A stretch of DNA of 63,962 nt, the filler included, from Welwitschia mirabilis (lineage: Eukaryota): assembly GCA_051453625.1 (NCBI GenBank). It is 5 parts of one record of this genome, joined end to end, with 100 filler letters (N's around TTAATTAATTAA, not from the genome) between each part and the next. Parts side by side here need not be neighbours in the genome. Positions count along the whole stretch, not along the records: positions 1 to 20,647 come from JBOZIK010000001.1; positions 20,748 to 38,429 come from JBOZIK010000001.1; 3 more parts are not named here. The stretch is one strand, 5' to 3'. The notes under the pieces were generated by a model. It was not told the DNA's origin. It saw only the letters and a list, made by a program, of their open reading frames with translations, and did not search any database. This document shows positions 13,501 to 25,270 of this stretch, piece by piece. Both the position numbers and the translations under genes were made by a program. Each line of letters opens with the position of its first letter. Position 1 is the first letter of the stretch.

Positions 13501-15382
13501 GGTCTAAAGCAAGCTCCAAGAGCCTGGTACAACAAGATTGATGACCNNNNNNNNNNAATTGCTGTTTCTTTATATGTTGATGACCTACTTGTAACAATAA
13601 GCAATGTAGGAATGGTGCAACAATTTAGAGGTCAAAAGATGAATGTCTTTGAGATGACTGATCTAGGAGAGATGTCCTATTTCCTTGGTTTGGAAATTCA
13701 GCAGCTGTAGAAAGGAATCCTTATTAGGTAGTACAAATATGCAAAAGAAATGCTTAAGAAGTTCAGCATGGAAAACTGCAAGCCTGTAAGCACTCCCTTG
13801 ATGCAAAATGAGAAGCTTAGTAAAAACGATCAAGCACAAAAGGTGGATGAATATCTATATAGACATCTTATAGGTTGTCTAACGTATTTGACAATAACAA
13901 GGCTTGATATTATGTATTCTGTAAGTCTGTTGTCTAGATTCATGCATTGTGCAAGTGAATTACATTTTAAAGCTACTAAGAGAGTGCTTAGATATGTTAA
14001 AGGCACACTAGACCTTGGAGTTTGGTTTGAAAGATCAGACCAGCTAAATTTGCATGGTTTCTGTGATAGTGATTGGGCAGGTTCTAGTGATGATATGAGA
14101 AGCAGTTTTGGATATTTGTTTAGCCTTGGTTCAGGTCTTTTCTCTTGGAGTTCAAAGTAGTAGGATGTGGTAGCTCAGTNNNNNNNNNNNNNNNNNNNNN
14201 NNNNNNNNNNNNNNNNNNNNNNNNNNNNNNNNNNNNNNNNNNNNNNNNNNNNNNNNNNNNNNNNNNNNNNNNNNNNNNNGTATGGTCTAAAGCAAGCTCC
14301 AAGAGCCTGGTACAGCAGGATTGATGACCATCTACTCCAAATTGGTTTCAAAAAGAGTTTGAGTGAATCAATTCTTTATGTGAAAATTAGTAATGGTGAT
14401 CTAATTGTTGTTTCTTTGTATGTTGATGACCTATTTGTAACAGGAAGCAATGTAGGAATGGTGCAGCAATTTAAAGATCAAATGATGCATGTCTTTGAGA
14501 TGACTGGTCTAGGAGAGATGTCCTATTTTCTTGATATGGAAATTCAGCAGCTGCAAAAAGGAATCCTTATTGGGTAGTACAAATATGCAAAAGAAATGCT
14601 TAAGAAGTCCAGCAGGGAAAACTGCAAGCCTGTAAGCACTCCCTTGATGAAAAATGAGAAGCTGAGTAAAGATGATGAAGCAAAAAAAGGTGGATGAAGG
14701 TCTATATATCAGTCTTATAGGCTGTCTAATGTATTTGACAGCAACAAGGCCTGACATTATGTATTCTATAAGTCTGTTGTCCAGATTCATGCTTTGTGCA
14801 AGTGAATTACATTTTCAAGCTAGTAAGAGAGTGCTTAGATATGTTAAAGGCACAGTAGACCTTCGAGTTTGGTTTGAAAGATTAGACAAGCTAAATTTGC
14901 ATGGTTTCTGTGATAGTGATTGGGCAAGTTCTAAGGATGATATGAGAAGCACTTCTGGTTATTTGTTTAGCGTTGGTTTATGTCTTTTCTCTTGGAGTTC
15001 AAGGAAGCAAGATGTGGTAGCCCAGTCAACTGCTGAAGCAGACTACATTGTTGTTGTTGCTGCTATTGATCAAGCTTTGTGGCTAAGAAAGTTATTGTCA
15101 AACTTAAAACATGACCAGAAGGAACCCCCAAAAATTTTTGTTGATAATCAAGCTGCTATAGCTATCTCTAACAATCTAGTGTTTCATGGCAGAACAAAGT
15201 ATTTTAAGATTAAGTATTATTTTCTTAGAGAAGTCCATAAAAGCAAGGAGATTCTTCTGGTGCATTGCAAAAGTGAAGTTCATCTGGCTGAGCTTCTTAC
15301 AAAGGCTTTGTCTAAAGCCAAATTTGGAGAACTAACGAAGAGTCTGGGACTTTGCAGCAAAAGAAACAAAAACGAATGTTAA
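10554..15382 (+). pseudogene. Copia gag-pol polyprotein pseudogene
   Basis: MKAYLQAFDLWEV (gag), LWHKSLGH..CEICQLGKQ (integrase Zn finger), HTDVCG/RSDNG (rve), [16 protein letters not shown] (RT), CDSDWA...AQSTAEADY (RNase H). Contains stops and frameshifts. Confidence 0.95.
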
Positions 15383-15634
15383 AGATTGCGTCTTTTGCTG
15401 GAGTTAATTTAGGAGTTGAATAAGTTACCTGAAATTATCATTAGCAGTTAGTTTAAGTTAGTTTCCTGATTTTTCTAGTATCAGTTGATAGCTGTTAAGT
15501 TAGTTTCTTGATTTTTCTACAATCAGTTTAGAGCTGTTAAGCTTATTTCCTTGTATAAATTTGAGATCATGTTCATAATAAAGTATGTGATTCTTAGTCT
15601 TGTCTTCATTACTTTTCTTCTGTTATACCCTACA
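15377..15634 (+). repeat. Copia 3' LTR (258 bp)
   Basis: TGTTAAAGATTGC...ACCCTACA, preceded by a purine-rich tract and followed by the TSD ATAGT. Confidence 0.92.
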
Positions 15635-18169
15635 ATAGTTCCTGAAGCAAACAACATTGTAAAGGTTGAGACGAACTCTCTGATCTTGGATTTAATGAGT
15701 GTATAAACCTGCTATGCTACTACTGTGATCGCAACATTGCTGTAGTTGTGTTTTCCACTCTTCACTAGATTCAATCCAATATTGAAATCATTTTTGATGT
15801 CGAAACAGAGGCTCTACACGTTCTTATGCATCGGAAGGGCATCAAAGAGTGTGAAATGTGGAGGGTTTCAACAAAAGTTTGATTTATTTTGTGATGCTGA
15901 TTATTTTTAACACTCATGCTCCAAAAACTCGTGGAATCGTGTGGATTGTGATCTTCATGATCCACTCTAGATTGTGCACCATAGGTCACAAATCGCGATT
16001 TGTCCTAGATCATGTTTACGTTGCAATTGGGTGTGGTTCTCTTCAGATCACGATCCACAATCGTTTGTATCGTGATTCTGATCCCCTCTGAATAACTATG
16101 GCAACAACTACTTCTTGAGATCCTCTCATGTGGTTGACTTCCTGAATCCTAGATTGTGTTTCTAAATTAGCTAGCTTCTCTTACGAGGCATCATAGGTAT
16201 CCATAGTCTCAACAAGCTCTTTCATGATGTCTACATCTCCAACTTTTCAACATGTCTCCTTTCTTCAACTATTGAACTATTTCTTTATAGAAAACATCAA
16301 TGTGGATATTCAATTTGAAGATGAGTACATCCAATGGAGAAGCAGTTGAAAGAAGATAGAGATTCAAGTAGGGAATTTTAGAGAAACTTAGAGGAAAAAT
16401 GATTACAATCATTTAGCTTGGTTATGCATTTCTACAGATCTTTAATATTGATAAGTTTCAAAGTTTCCTTTATAATTTTTTTAATTAAATAGTTTGCATT
16501 GTTCTTCATTGCAACTATTGTATCTTTTCCAAGTGAACAATACGGTGGAAAACAGACTAAAGTTTCTAGTATGATCACAAAGAGGACATGACAAAGAATT
16601 TCTTTTTTGTTAACAAAGAGTAAATTTGCAATATGGCTCCCATTTTGCATTAGCTCTTAAAAACGTGTTCCTACGTGATTGCCGACAAGTATCTTAAGGT
16701 GCACATTTTATTCTTAACACATATCTCAGGTCGAGTGACAAGATTGATCTTGATGGATCAATTGTTTGAAGAGGATTCATTCTTGACATCTTATGGTCAA
16801 GAACATAGTGTAGCTTGTAAATTTTCTTTACTTTCTTTTGTTTATTTGGGTTTTTTTTTCCTTCTATCTTTTCATTTTTCCTTATGTCTCTTCAATAGTC
16901 ATGGATGTGGATTGATGCATGACCTTCTGCCTATAAAGGAAGACCCATTCGAGACTTGGTGGGGAATTTGATCATCCACAATATTCTTGGAAAAGCATGC
17001 TAAGATTATGCTAATATTAGTCTTAATTCTATTGTTATGAATTTAAAATGTGCTAGAGTGTATGGCAAGTATGTTGGAAATAATAGTCATGTGTAAATGT
17101 TTATTTATTTTGGAGGGTCATTTCTTGTGCTAATCTAAGTTTCTCTTTAAAGAAGATTGTTAATCTACTTGCTAACCTTTAAACTAATCACCTTGTTGCT
17201 TAGATTATCCTATTTTAAAAACTAATGCTTTCACAATAGCCTAATAGTTACAATTCAAGACTCCTAATCAAGTAATCTGTTAAACATCTAGATTAAAGGA
17301 AAGAGAAAAAGCTATTGACATTTAATACGAATATGGAGGTCAAACGCATCACACATTGCTAAATTAACAAAGTGTTTTAATTAATAAGATGTACCTATTT
17401 CTAAGCACTAATCTTAGACACTTCTTTAAATGAGAAATACCTAAAGGAAGGGTAAAGATAGATAATTAGTTTCTTAAAGTAATTGACATAGTAGCATGCA
17501 TGTTTTGCATTTCTTTTGTAAAAGCATCTGCAACTTCTCTAATGCTTGGTGGCTTTTGATAATCCAAGAACAAATTTCCTCCAACATATCGTTTTCTCCT
17601 ATTAGAGGTTGTTCATTGCTTCTAAGATGTTGCACATTACCCAGTTTCATGGTTTGTTGGATGCCTTTTGTGAATGTTTGGTGAACTCTTGGCATGTCAT
17701 AGTTTGATAGTTTTACACTTTCATGTGTCAAACAATCTAAGAGAAAGTTTCCTTTATGGGCATCTATTGCAAGTTACAACAATCATTGTCAATTGCAAGG
17801 GCAACAATTGGTGCTTAATTATAATAGATTGAGGTATTCATTCCGTAACAACTCATTTGTAATGTTGCCCAACTTGTGTTAGCCTATGCTAGGGTGGACC
17901 ATCCTATGGTCCTCTACCCCTAGCAGAGTTCATTGCAGAGCAAATCTAGGTGTAGGATTTGGATGTGACAAATGGATGTGTGATCCCTTGGGTTCATTGG
18001 GTGGACCCGTTGGACGATTAGTTCTTCCTAGATGGTTGGTTCCTTTAGGTGATCATTCCCCATGGGGTGGTTGCTATCGTAATTACTTGATGATTTGTGC
18101 ATAGGAAATAGTGCACCTCTTGGGGTGTTGGAGATTGAACTTATCCTTGAAGACTATTGACTTTGTCTT

Positions 18170-18576
18170 CAAGTGGGAGAATGTTATAATGTGATGCCAC
18201 AGTTTGTTTTTATCCCTTGTTTTTTTATGTTCTTATGTTGACCCCATTTGATTGTAAAAGGTTAATCATAAAATCACTTTAGGGTGGCTATTAAATTAAG
18301 CTAAAGGAAATATAGTGGTTAAAAGCAAGTTAAGGTTGGTTTGCTTCTTTAACCTAACTCCTCTCCTCTATATACCCATCAAGCTTTTAGGTGTTATGTG
18401 CTTCATGAGTATTTGTATTCTCTCAAGCTTGTTTTTATTAACAAGAACTTCACACTACTTTCTCGAGGACAGAGGCTACAAAGTAGTTGAACCTCATTAA
18501 ATATTTTGTGTGCTTCTGCTTTTGTTTCTATTGAAATTTGTTTATTTTGCTTTATGTTGTACTTGTTTTGATAACA
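18170..18576 (+). mobile_element. Copia-type PPT plus LTR remnant (LTR about 18182-18576)
   Basis: GTCTTCAAGTGGGAGAA-TGTTATAA...GATAACA. The same PPT/LTR-start context is seen at 52086-52110. Confidence 0.6.
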
Positions 18577-18828
18577 ATTGGTCCACTGGGGTGACTAATC
18601 ACCTTTTCAATTCTGAGTCATCACTTCATGTTCATTATTTTTGCAACCATCATATTTTGCTAACACAACTCTCTATTTATTAGAGAATTTCATCAATACT
18701 TTCATGTCTTCAGCTTCAACAACATTTTGTATGTTGTAAGTTTATCATTGGGTGACTATGTCTACTTCCTTTGATATTTCATTACCCTTTTCTTTCTCTT
18801 TTGCTTCTTTTTTTCTTTTTTTGCTTCT

Positions 18829-18863
18829 TTCTTCTTCTTCTTCTTCTTCTTCTTCTTCTTCTT
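18829..18863 (+). repeat. (CTT)n microsatellite
   Basis: About 11 consecutive CTT units. Confidence 0.9.
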
Positions 18864-19479
18864 TTTTACTTTTGTTTTTGCATTGTATTTACAAGAGAAT
18901 TAAATGAAAATTAGATGTTAATAGGNNNNNNNNNNTGTGATGTGAAAGAAGGAAATAGAAAGGCATGGTGCATTTTCAATTTTGAAAGATTTTGATGAGA
19001 TATGTTACAATAACATGGACATGATTTCTAGAATTGTGATGACATGCTTATGAAGATGCATGTAGGTTTTGTTGTAGTCAGAGGTAGCAACTCCCTTACG
19101 ATGATTATTTGTTTTGTCCATAGGCTTTCAAAAGGGTATGTGTGCCATCCCTTCTTTCTACTTTTGGTTCTTTCAAATTTCTTCATTTGAAATACCAAGT
19201 TGTCTTCATTTTTGTCGCATTTTTAGGCTTTTGTTTCCCATCTGTCTAGTACTTTATTTTTGGAATCTAAGCTCTCAAACAAGCAAAAGGAGGAAGAGTT
19301 TTGAGATTAGGGAGAATTTTCAAAGGCATCTTGCAGATATCAGACAAGAAGGATGTCATTAGTCTTGTAGATGGTTCGAGTGCTACAAGTTAGTGACCTT
19401 GTTTGGTTTTAATATTTCATATCTCTCTCTTTCTCTCTCTTTGCCCCTCCCTCTCCCCTCTAATATAAATTAGTTGTGA

Positions 19480-20575
19480 GGGTTAAGCCCTATTTTCAAG
19501 CAAATCTAATGAGAATTGCGACTTAGCTAAGAAAAACTTCAGTTATAGGATTATCAAGAAGTTTGTTTCTTTAGGTTCCTAGACCAAGGATTGAATAAGT
19601 CAAATATTGGGTTGGCACTAAATGGGTGGATAGTCGACAAGTTTGGGTTGTAGCCTTACCTGAAGTTTAATTTTGTTTTAGTTTAGCAACCCATGGAATA
19701 GAGATTTGACTTTAGCTAAAGGATCATGGCTTTTTGGTGTAAGGGGTCTTGTTGTAGTGAAATGGAAACTTAAGCCACAATTTGACCCAAAGCTATTTCA
19801 GAAAGTGCCACTATGGATAAGAATATCTCACTTTCCTATTAATTTTGGGAAGAAAACTTTCTGAAACAGGTTATATGCAGCTTTGAAGAGCTCATCCACC
19901 TTAACAAAGTCATAGCTAGAGATAGTCAAGATTGGTCGTAGCTTACTATTGCTCTTAGAACTCACTAGATAAGATTAATGATATTAAAAACATTAAGCTT
20001 AACTGAAAACTGAACATGTAGGAGATGACACTTGAGTATGAAAATTTTCCCACACTTTGTAGGATATGTGGAATTAAACTCATGGAACACGAGCTATCCA
20101 AAAATAACTTGGCATGTTTGGGATGATATGCATCCCTACTCTTAATAAGGAGGGAGGTTTGGTTGTCATGAGTAGGAGGACTTTGGATAAAATTTAATGT
20201 GAGCAATGGTTTGTGACAGCTAGAGATCTCACAGAAAATATTGTTATTACTAACACTTATGGACCTAAGAATGGAGAAGAGAGGATTCGTGCCTTGGAAA
20301 AAGCTGCTCAAGTTATTCAAAATAAGAAGAGATGGATTATTGCAAAGACTTTAACACATGTTCATGTAGATGGAGAAATTTGATGGGTCTAGTTGGAATC
20401 AAGGCATTGTTTATATGGTTATTGAATACATCCAAGGTAAGGATTTGGTAGATATTTCGATCTCTAGATGTAGATTCACTTGCACTAATAAGAGGAATGG
20501 GCAAGATAGAGTTATGACAAGAATTGATAGGGTGATGATAGCCTAGGAGCTTTTACAAGAGGGACACTTTTGTTG
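19480..20575 (+). mobile_element. L1-type LINE fragment (ORF1 end and APE endonuclease)
   Basis: LEYENFPTLCRICG (ORF1 zinc-knuckle region), then NTYGP and RFTCTNKRNGQDRVMTRIDRVMI (APE motifs). Heavily disrupted. Confidence 0.75.
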
Positions 20576-20647
20576 ATATGTGAAGCCAAATATATTATTT
20601 ATATTGTAATGTTATGTTTTAACATTGACCCCTCTTTAAAGTTGTAA

Positions 20648-20747
20648 NNNNNNNNNNNNNNNNNNNNNNNNNNNNNNNNNNNNNNNNNNNNTTAATTAAT
20701 TAANNNNNNNNNNNNNNNNNNNNNNNNNNNNNNNNNNNNNNNNNNNN
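20648..20747. other. Artificial scaffold linker N44-TTAATTAATTAA-N44
   Basis: Exactly 100 bp with a six-frame stop core, identical at four places in the window. Confidence 0.97.
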
Positions 20748-21077
20748 CCTCCTACTCTCCTATGCATCTTCGATGCACCAGAGATTCTCATGACAGGAGA
20801 GCAAAGGGTGGGAGATCCATCTTTGTGAGTTATAGAAAGACATGCACTTGGTAGAGGGCTGAGTATCTTCTATTGAGACCCAGCTATTTTGTAACCTGAA
20901 TGATTGTTACCATTTTAATATAAATCTTGGCTTTATTTTATGTTTGCATTGTAGGATTTCTTATGTCCCTCATAGTCTAATGTTGCCCAAATTTAGTGAC
21001 AATTTCTTGAGTGATATCGATTATCAAGGACAGCTCTTGTTAAGGCTAAAGGCGAGGAGAGTTAGGATCATTTTGCA

Positions 21078-21270
21078 TTGCATGTTAGTCTAGATTGCTT
21101 ATTGCACTTTGGATGTTAGTTTATTTTCTTGCATTGTTATTTATTATTATTAGTTTAGTCTAGATTGCATATTGCACTTTGGATGTTAGTTTATTTTCTT
21201 GCATGTTAGTCTAGATTGCATATTGCACTTTGGATGTTAGTTTATTTTCTTGCATTATTATTTATTATTT
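21078..21270 (+). repeat. Three-copy tandem repeat (core about 52 bp), probably inside an LTR remnant
   Basis: TTAGTCTAGATTGC(T/A)TATTGCACTTTGGATGTTAGTTTATTTTCTTGCAT occurs three times. Confidence 0.85.
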
Positions 21271-23821
21271 CCAGTTCCTAAGATTAAATTGCAAAAGCAA
21301 CCTGAATCTCATGTGGGTAGACTTCAACGAGATATAACCTTTTGGGTCACTCCCATTATATTAGCGTGATGTATTATGCATAATATCTATTTTAATTATT
21401 AATGAAAAAATCTTTTTTAATGTAAAAGCATGCATAAATACACACCGCAACAATGTCAATGTTTGAAAAATTCATGTTTAATCTCTAAGTTGGATATGGA
21501 TCTCAAAATAGATAAAAATTCTAATCAAATTAGCCTAATTGGATCAAATACACATATATTACTTATAATCTTGTAAACCAGTGATTAGTAGCTAATTAGT
21601 TTCTGATGTGATTAATCTTTAATCAATAAACATTAAAAGGGTAAAAACACATTTTGTTTTGACATTTGAAAGTATGATTCTACTTCAAAAAATTTTAGCA
21701 ATTATGAAAACAGCAAGAACCTTCATAGATCTATACATTTCATTTATTCTTCAGCTATGAATAAATAAATGTAAATGTATATAAGATTAGAAATAACACT
21801 TTCTAAATTGTCTATTTTAAAGCTTTCGAATTTTGAACTCTATTTCAAAATTTTTCTTATTGTGTTTCACTAAATACTAACAACCATAAACGATATAATT
21901 TAAGGGAGTAAAAGTACTGAAGGTTCATATAATTCATTATTTTGAGATTTTTATATGATTATAGCATTGATAAAACACTAAAACAAATAGATAGACGCGT
22001 GCATCCTTTAGTTGTTGTTTACTACTATCATGTTTTGTAAATATATGATTCTCAATGTTATATTTTTCTTAGATGTTATTGCATGTGTGGAATCATGTCC
22101 TAGTGTTGTTCATGAAAAAAGTATTTTCCTATATTTCTTATTTTGTGTGTAGTTTGTTGATTATTTAGCAATCAATCTGCAATCGAGACCAATTTTCTAC
22201 CAAGTTCTTATTCATGAACAATGACAACTAAATGCTAATTTAATGACTTTCAAGCACTAAGGGACATTAACAAAGATTTAAAATATTAACAAAATTATGT
22301 ACAAGCCTCAAACTTAGTAAGCCTTCCTAGAATATAATAGAATAGAAAATAAATAAACATACCATAAAAAATGATTATGACTAGAAGAAAGTGATAGAAA
22401 TAGTCATTCCAGGGAAAATCATTTAGCTGTTGCTTGATTGCATCAAGAAGAAAATCAATATGAACCTTTTAAACATCAATTAGAAGAAGTCCATATTTTC
22501 TACTAAAGATGGAATTTACATATTTTAAAGATGTCATTTGTATTATGTTATTATTCTATATTTTTGTACATGTATGGTGGGAACAAACATATTATAAACA
22601 AAATACCATTTCGTGTTGTATAGAAAAGATTTAATGTTTGAAATGTTACTTTTAAAGTTTCATTTATCTATTTAATTAGTCTATAAATCTTAACTTTAAG
22701 AAAAGATGACCTATGTTACATAACAAACTACTTCACTATTTCCTAAATAATAGCATGCACTTTCACTCATCTACATATGAGAAAATGTAGACATAACTCT
22801 ACACTACTACACATATTAATAGATATAATAAAGGAGGGAAAACATAATAAGTTAATAGAAAGTTCCTTTAAATAAGAAAGTAAAAAATAAAGTTCATAGG
22901 TTATTAACCTTAAGTAGAAGACAAAGTACCTTATAATTATTTCATGTGATGTAAACCAAAACTCCCCAAAAAAAACTTCACTCACTTTTATCTCTTTATT
23001 ATTTTTCTATAAACTAGTGTATGAAGATACTATTTTTATGAATACATTATATTTAGAGTTTTCTATAAACTAGTGTATGAAGATATCATTTGTATGCATA
23101 CATTATATTTAGAGGTTTTGTGACGACTTCTAAAAAAGCTTTTTGATTATTACTATTTATTCTAAAGACAAGTTAGTATTTAATTCCACCGAGATCAAAT
23201 CATATACTCTCTTAACAAGATGAGCAACTTTGATTGAATAACTTTTTAGTTAAACAACTCACATGGAATCATTTCATATGAAAAAGGTCAAGAAATTTTG
23301 AGTGTGAATAAGGTCTATGATAGGGTTAGGAAAAGTAGCTAGATTTTATAGAACATCATCTTGCCTCAGCAGTTATACATCCTATCCTATCTCTACCCTT
23401 AATTATCAAAAACTATGGAGGCCACATCTATCAATAGTTTTAACCCCTAAGTGTTCAAAGAGATAATAGGGAAGTCAAGAAATAGTAGGCTCATTGGATG
23501 ATTTTCTACTTCTTCCCTTAATTATCAAAATTTGTGAAGGCCACATTCATCGATGGCTTCATTCCCAAGTGTTCTAAGAGGTGATAGAAAGGTCAAGCGA
23601 TAATAGGTTCACTACTATGCAATAGTGATCTAAGGTTGTGAAACCATATTACATGCCCAAGTGCTCTTCATAGTTTTGTTAAAGATTCCTTTATTGATAT
23701 GAATTAACTTGATTTAATACTATTTTATTGTTTTTCACCCTGCAAAAGAAGTTAAAAATTAGGTTTTATAATTGGTGATACATCACTAACATTGAGATAT
23801 TTTTGGCTTTCCAAAAGAGGA

Positions 23822-25270
23822 ATTGTGTTAGATGTAAAGCAGTACTACTCTCATTTTTTTCTGTTAGCTCCCAAACAATTACTTTCTACTCAAAGGTTTT
23901 TACAAAATAGAAGGTTGCATCCTAAAAAAAACTATAAACCTGGGAGGCGATAGCCAAAACAAAAAAACTTCATCTTGGCATTATAAAGGTTTAATTACAC
24001 AACTCCTTTACCATGCATGACTGGCTAATAAGGAAATAATAAAACTGAAATATAGAAATAATAACATGACATTTTGAAATATAGCTCATTTTTTAACTTT
24101 TAGACTCCCCTTTCATATATTAATAATTAAATTACAAATACATCTAATATGTGATTCTTTTCCTATATATAGTCTTCAATTACATTCTTTCTAAAGCTAT
24201 CATAATGCTTGAAGAAGCAAATGCCAAAAAATAATATTTACTTCTCATCCACCTTTGAGCCAATGCTATTGTTTAACCAAGTGTTCAACTTCGTTTGAAA
24301 GAATCATACATTGCTTTATTATTGAAAACAATAAAATTCCACTTTTTTGTTCATGTACGTTGAAGCAAATAATGTCTAGGATATTTCTCCATTTTACAAA
24401 AGCAGCAATGATTTATAATTTTCCAACACATTTTGAAAGATTTGTTAAGAAAGGAAATTTATCTAATGATGTTAGAGGAAGGATGATTCTTCTTTCTTCC
24501 CTTCAATTTCTTCCATGTCTAGAAGATAACTTTAAAGAGTATTATAAGCTTCTAATGTTTTGCTAGTATCTTTGTCTCACCGTTTCCAACTTCCATAGAT
24601 ATCTACATGCATATAATTCTTTTAGTAATCTCTTAATTTTGCAAACCATTTCAACTTATAAAACCTCTCATACTATGAGTACTTTCAAAGAATATTTTAG
24701 AATGATTTAAATATTTAGTCTTCAACATCTAACCCATTTTCCATTTTTTATATGTATTTGCCAAACCATTTTAGCTAAAAGGGATAGATTTAATTCATGA
24801 AATCTTTTTAAACCAAAGCCACCTTTGTCTCATAATTTATGTAAAGCATCTTAAGTTTTGAAATGAATACACTTTTTATCTTCATGGATTTCCCAAAAAA
24901 AATTTCTTTCTATCTTTTTCATGCACTTGACATCTTCTTGGGAAGTTTACAAATAGAGAATTAAATAAATTAGTAAGGCTTGAGGTGAGTTGAGCTCCTT
25001 TGATTAAAGCAATAAGTTTACCTCTTCATCTTACTAATCTTTTCGCCATCTTATTAAGAACATTGCTTCACAATCCTTTCTTCAATCTTCTTAAAAAAAG
25101 AGGAAGACCAACATCTTTTCAAAATAAGCTATGCGTTGCATAATTTGAATTTCTTACATTTCATGAATATATCTTTGATCCATGTTAAAAGTATAAGCTA
25201 CAATTTTTTTGAAGATTAATGCTTAAACTAAAACTTGTTACAAAATACCTCAAATACTTTGAAAATTTTT
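23822..25270 (-). mobile_element. LINE-A, 3' half (post-YADD RT region to 3' end)
   Basis: Inverted homology to 26770-28340. Shares the 3' terminus TCTAACACAA with LINE-B. Confidence 0.75.

Larger units (their letters stand above)
10276..15634 (+). mobile_element. Full-length Ty1/Copia LTR retrotransposon (probably Ivana/Oryco-like), decayed
   Basis: TG...CA LTRs at both ends, identical 5-bp TSD ATAGT (10271-10275 and 15635-15639), PBS, and gag-PR-INT-RT-RH domain order. The lineage is inferred from the gag motif and short LTRs. Confidence 0.95.
6291..16100 (-). mobile_element. Decayed hAT DNA transposon (DUF659-type) carrying a nested Copia element
   Basis: Transposase remnants at 6663-9450. 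Candidate terminus GAATAACTATG ends at 16100 (reverse complement CATAGTTATTC). GATC/AATCG/ATCGTG-rich subterminal motifs occur at about 15930-16085 and 6330-6360. The other end probably lies in the 5317-6290 N gap. Confidence 0.6.

Noticed and set aside
20692-20703. Recurring TTAATTAATTAA palindrome as a biological dispersed repeat
   Set aside because: Always centred in exactly 44+44 Ns. It is a six-frame-stop assembly linker.
21078-21270. CRISPR-like array
   Set aside because: A simple tandem duplication without unique spacers, in eukaryotic TE context with no cas genes.
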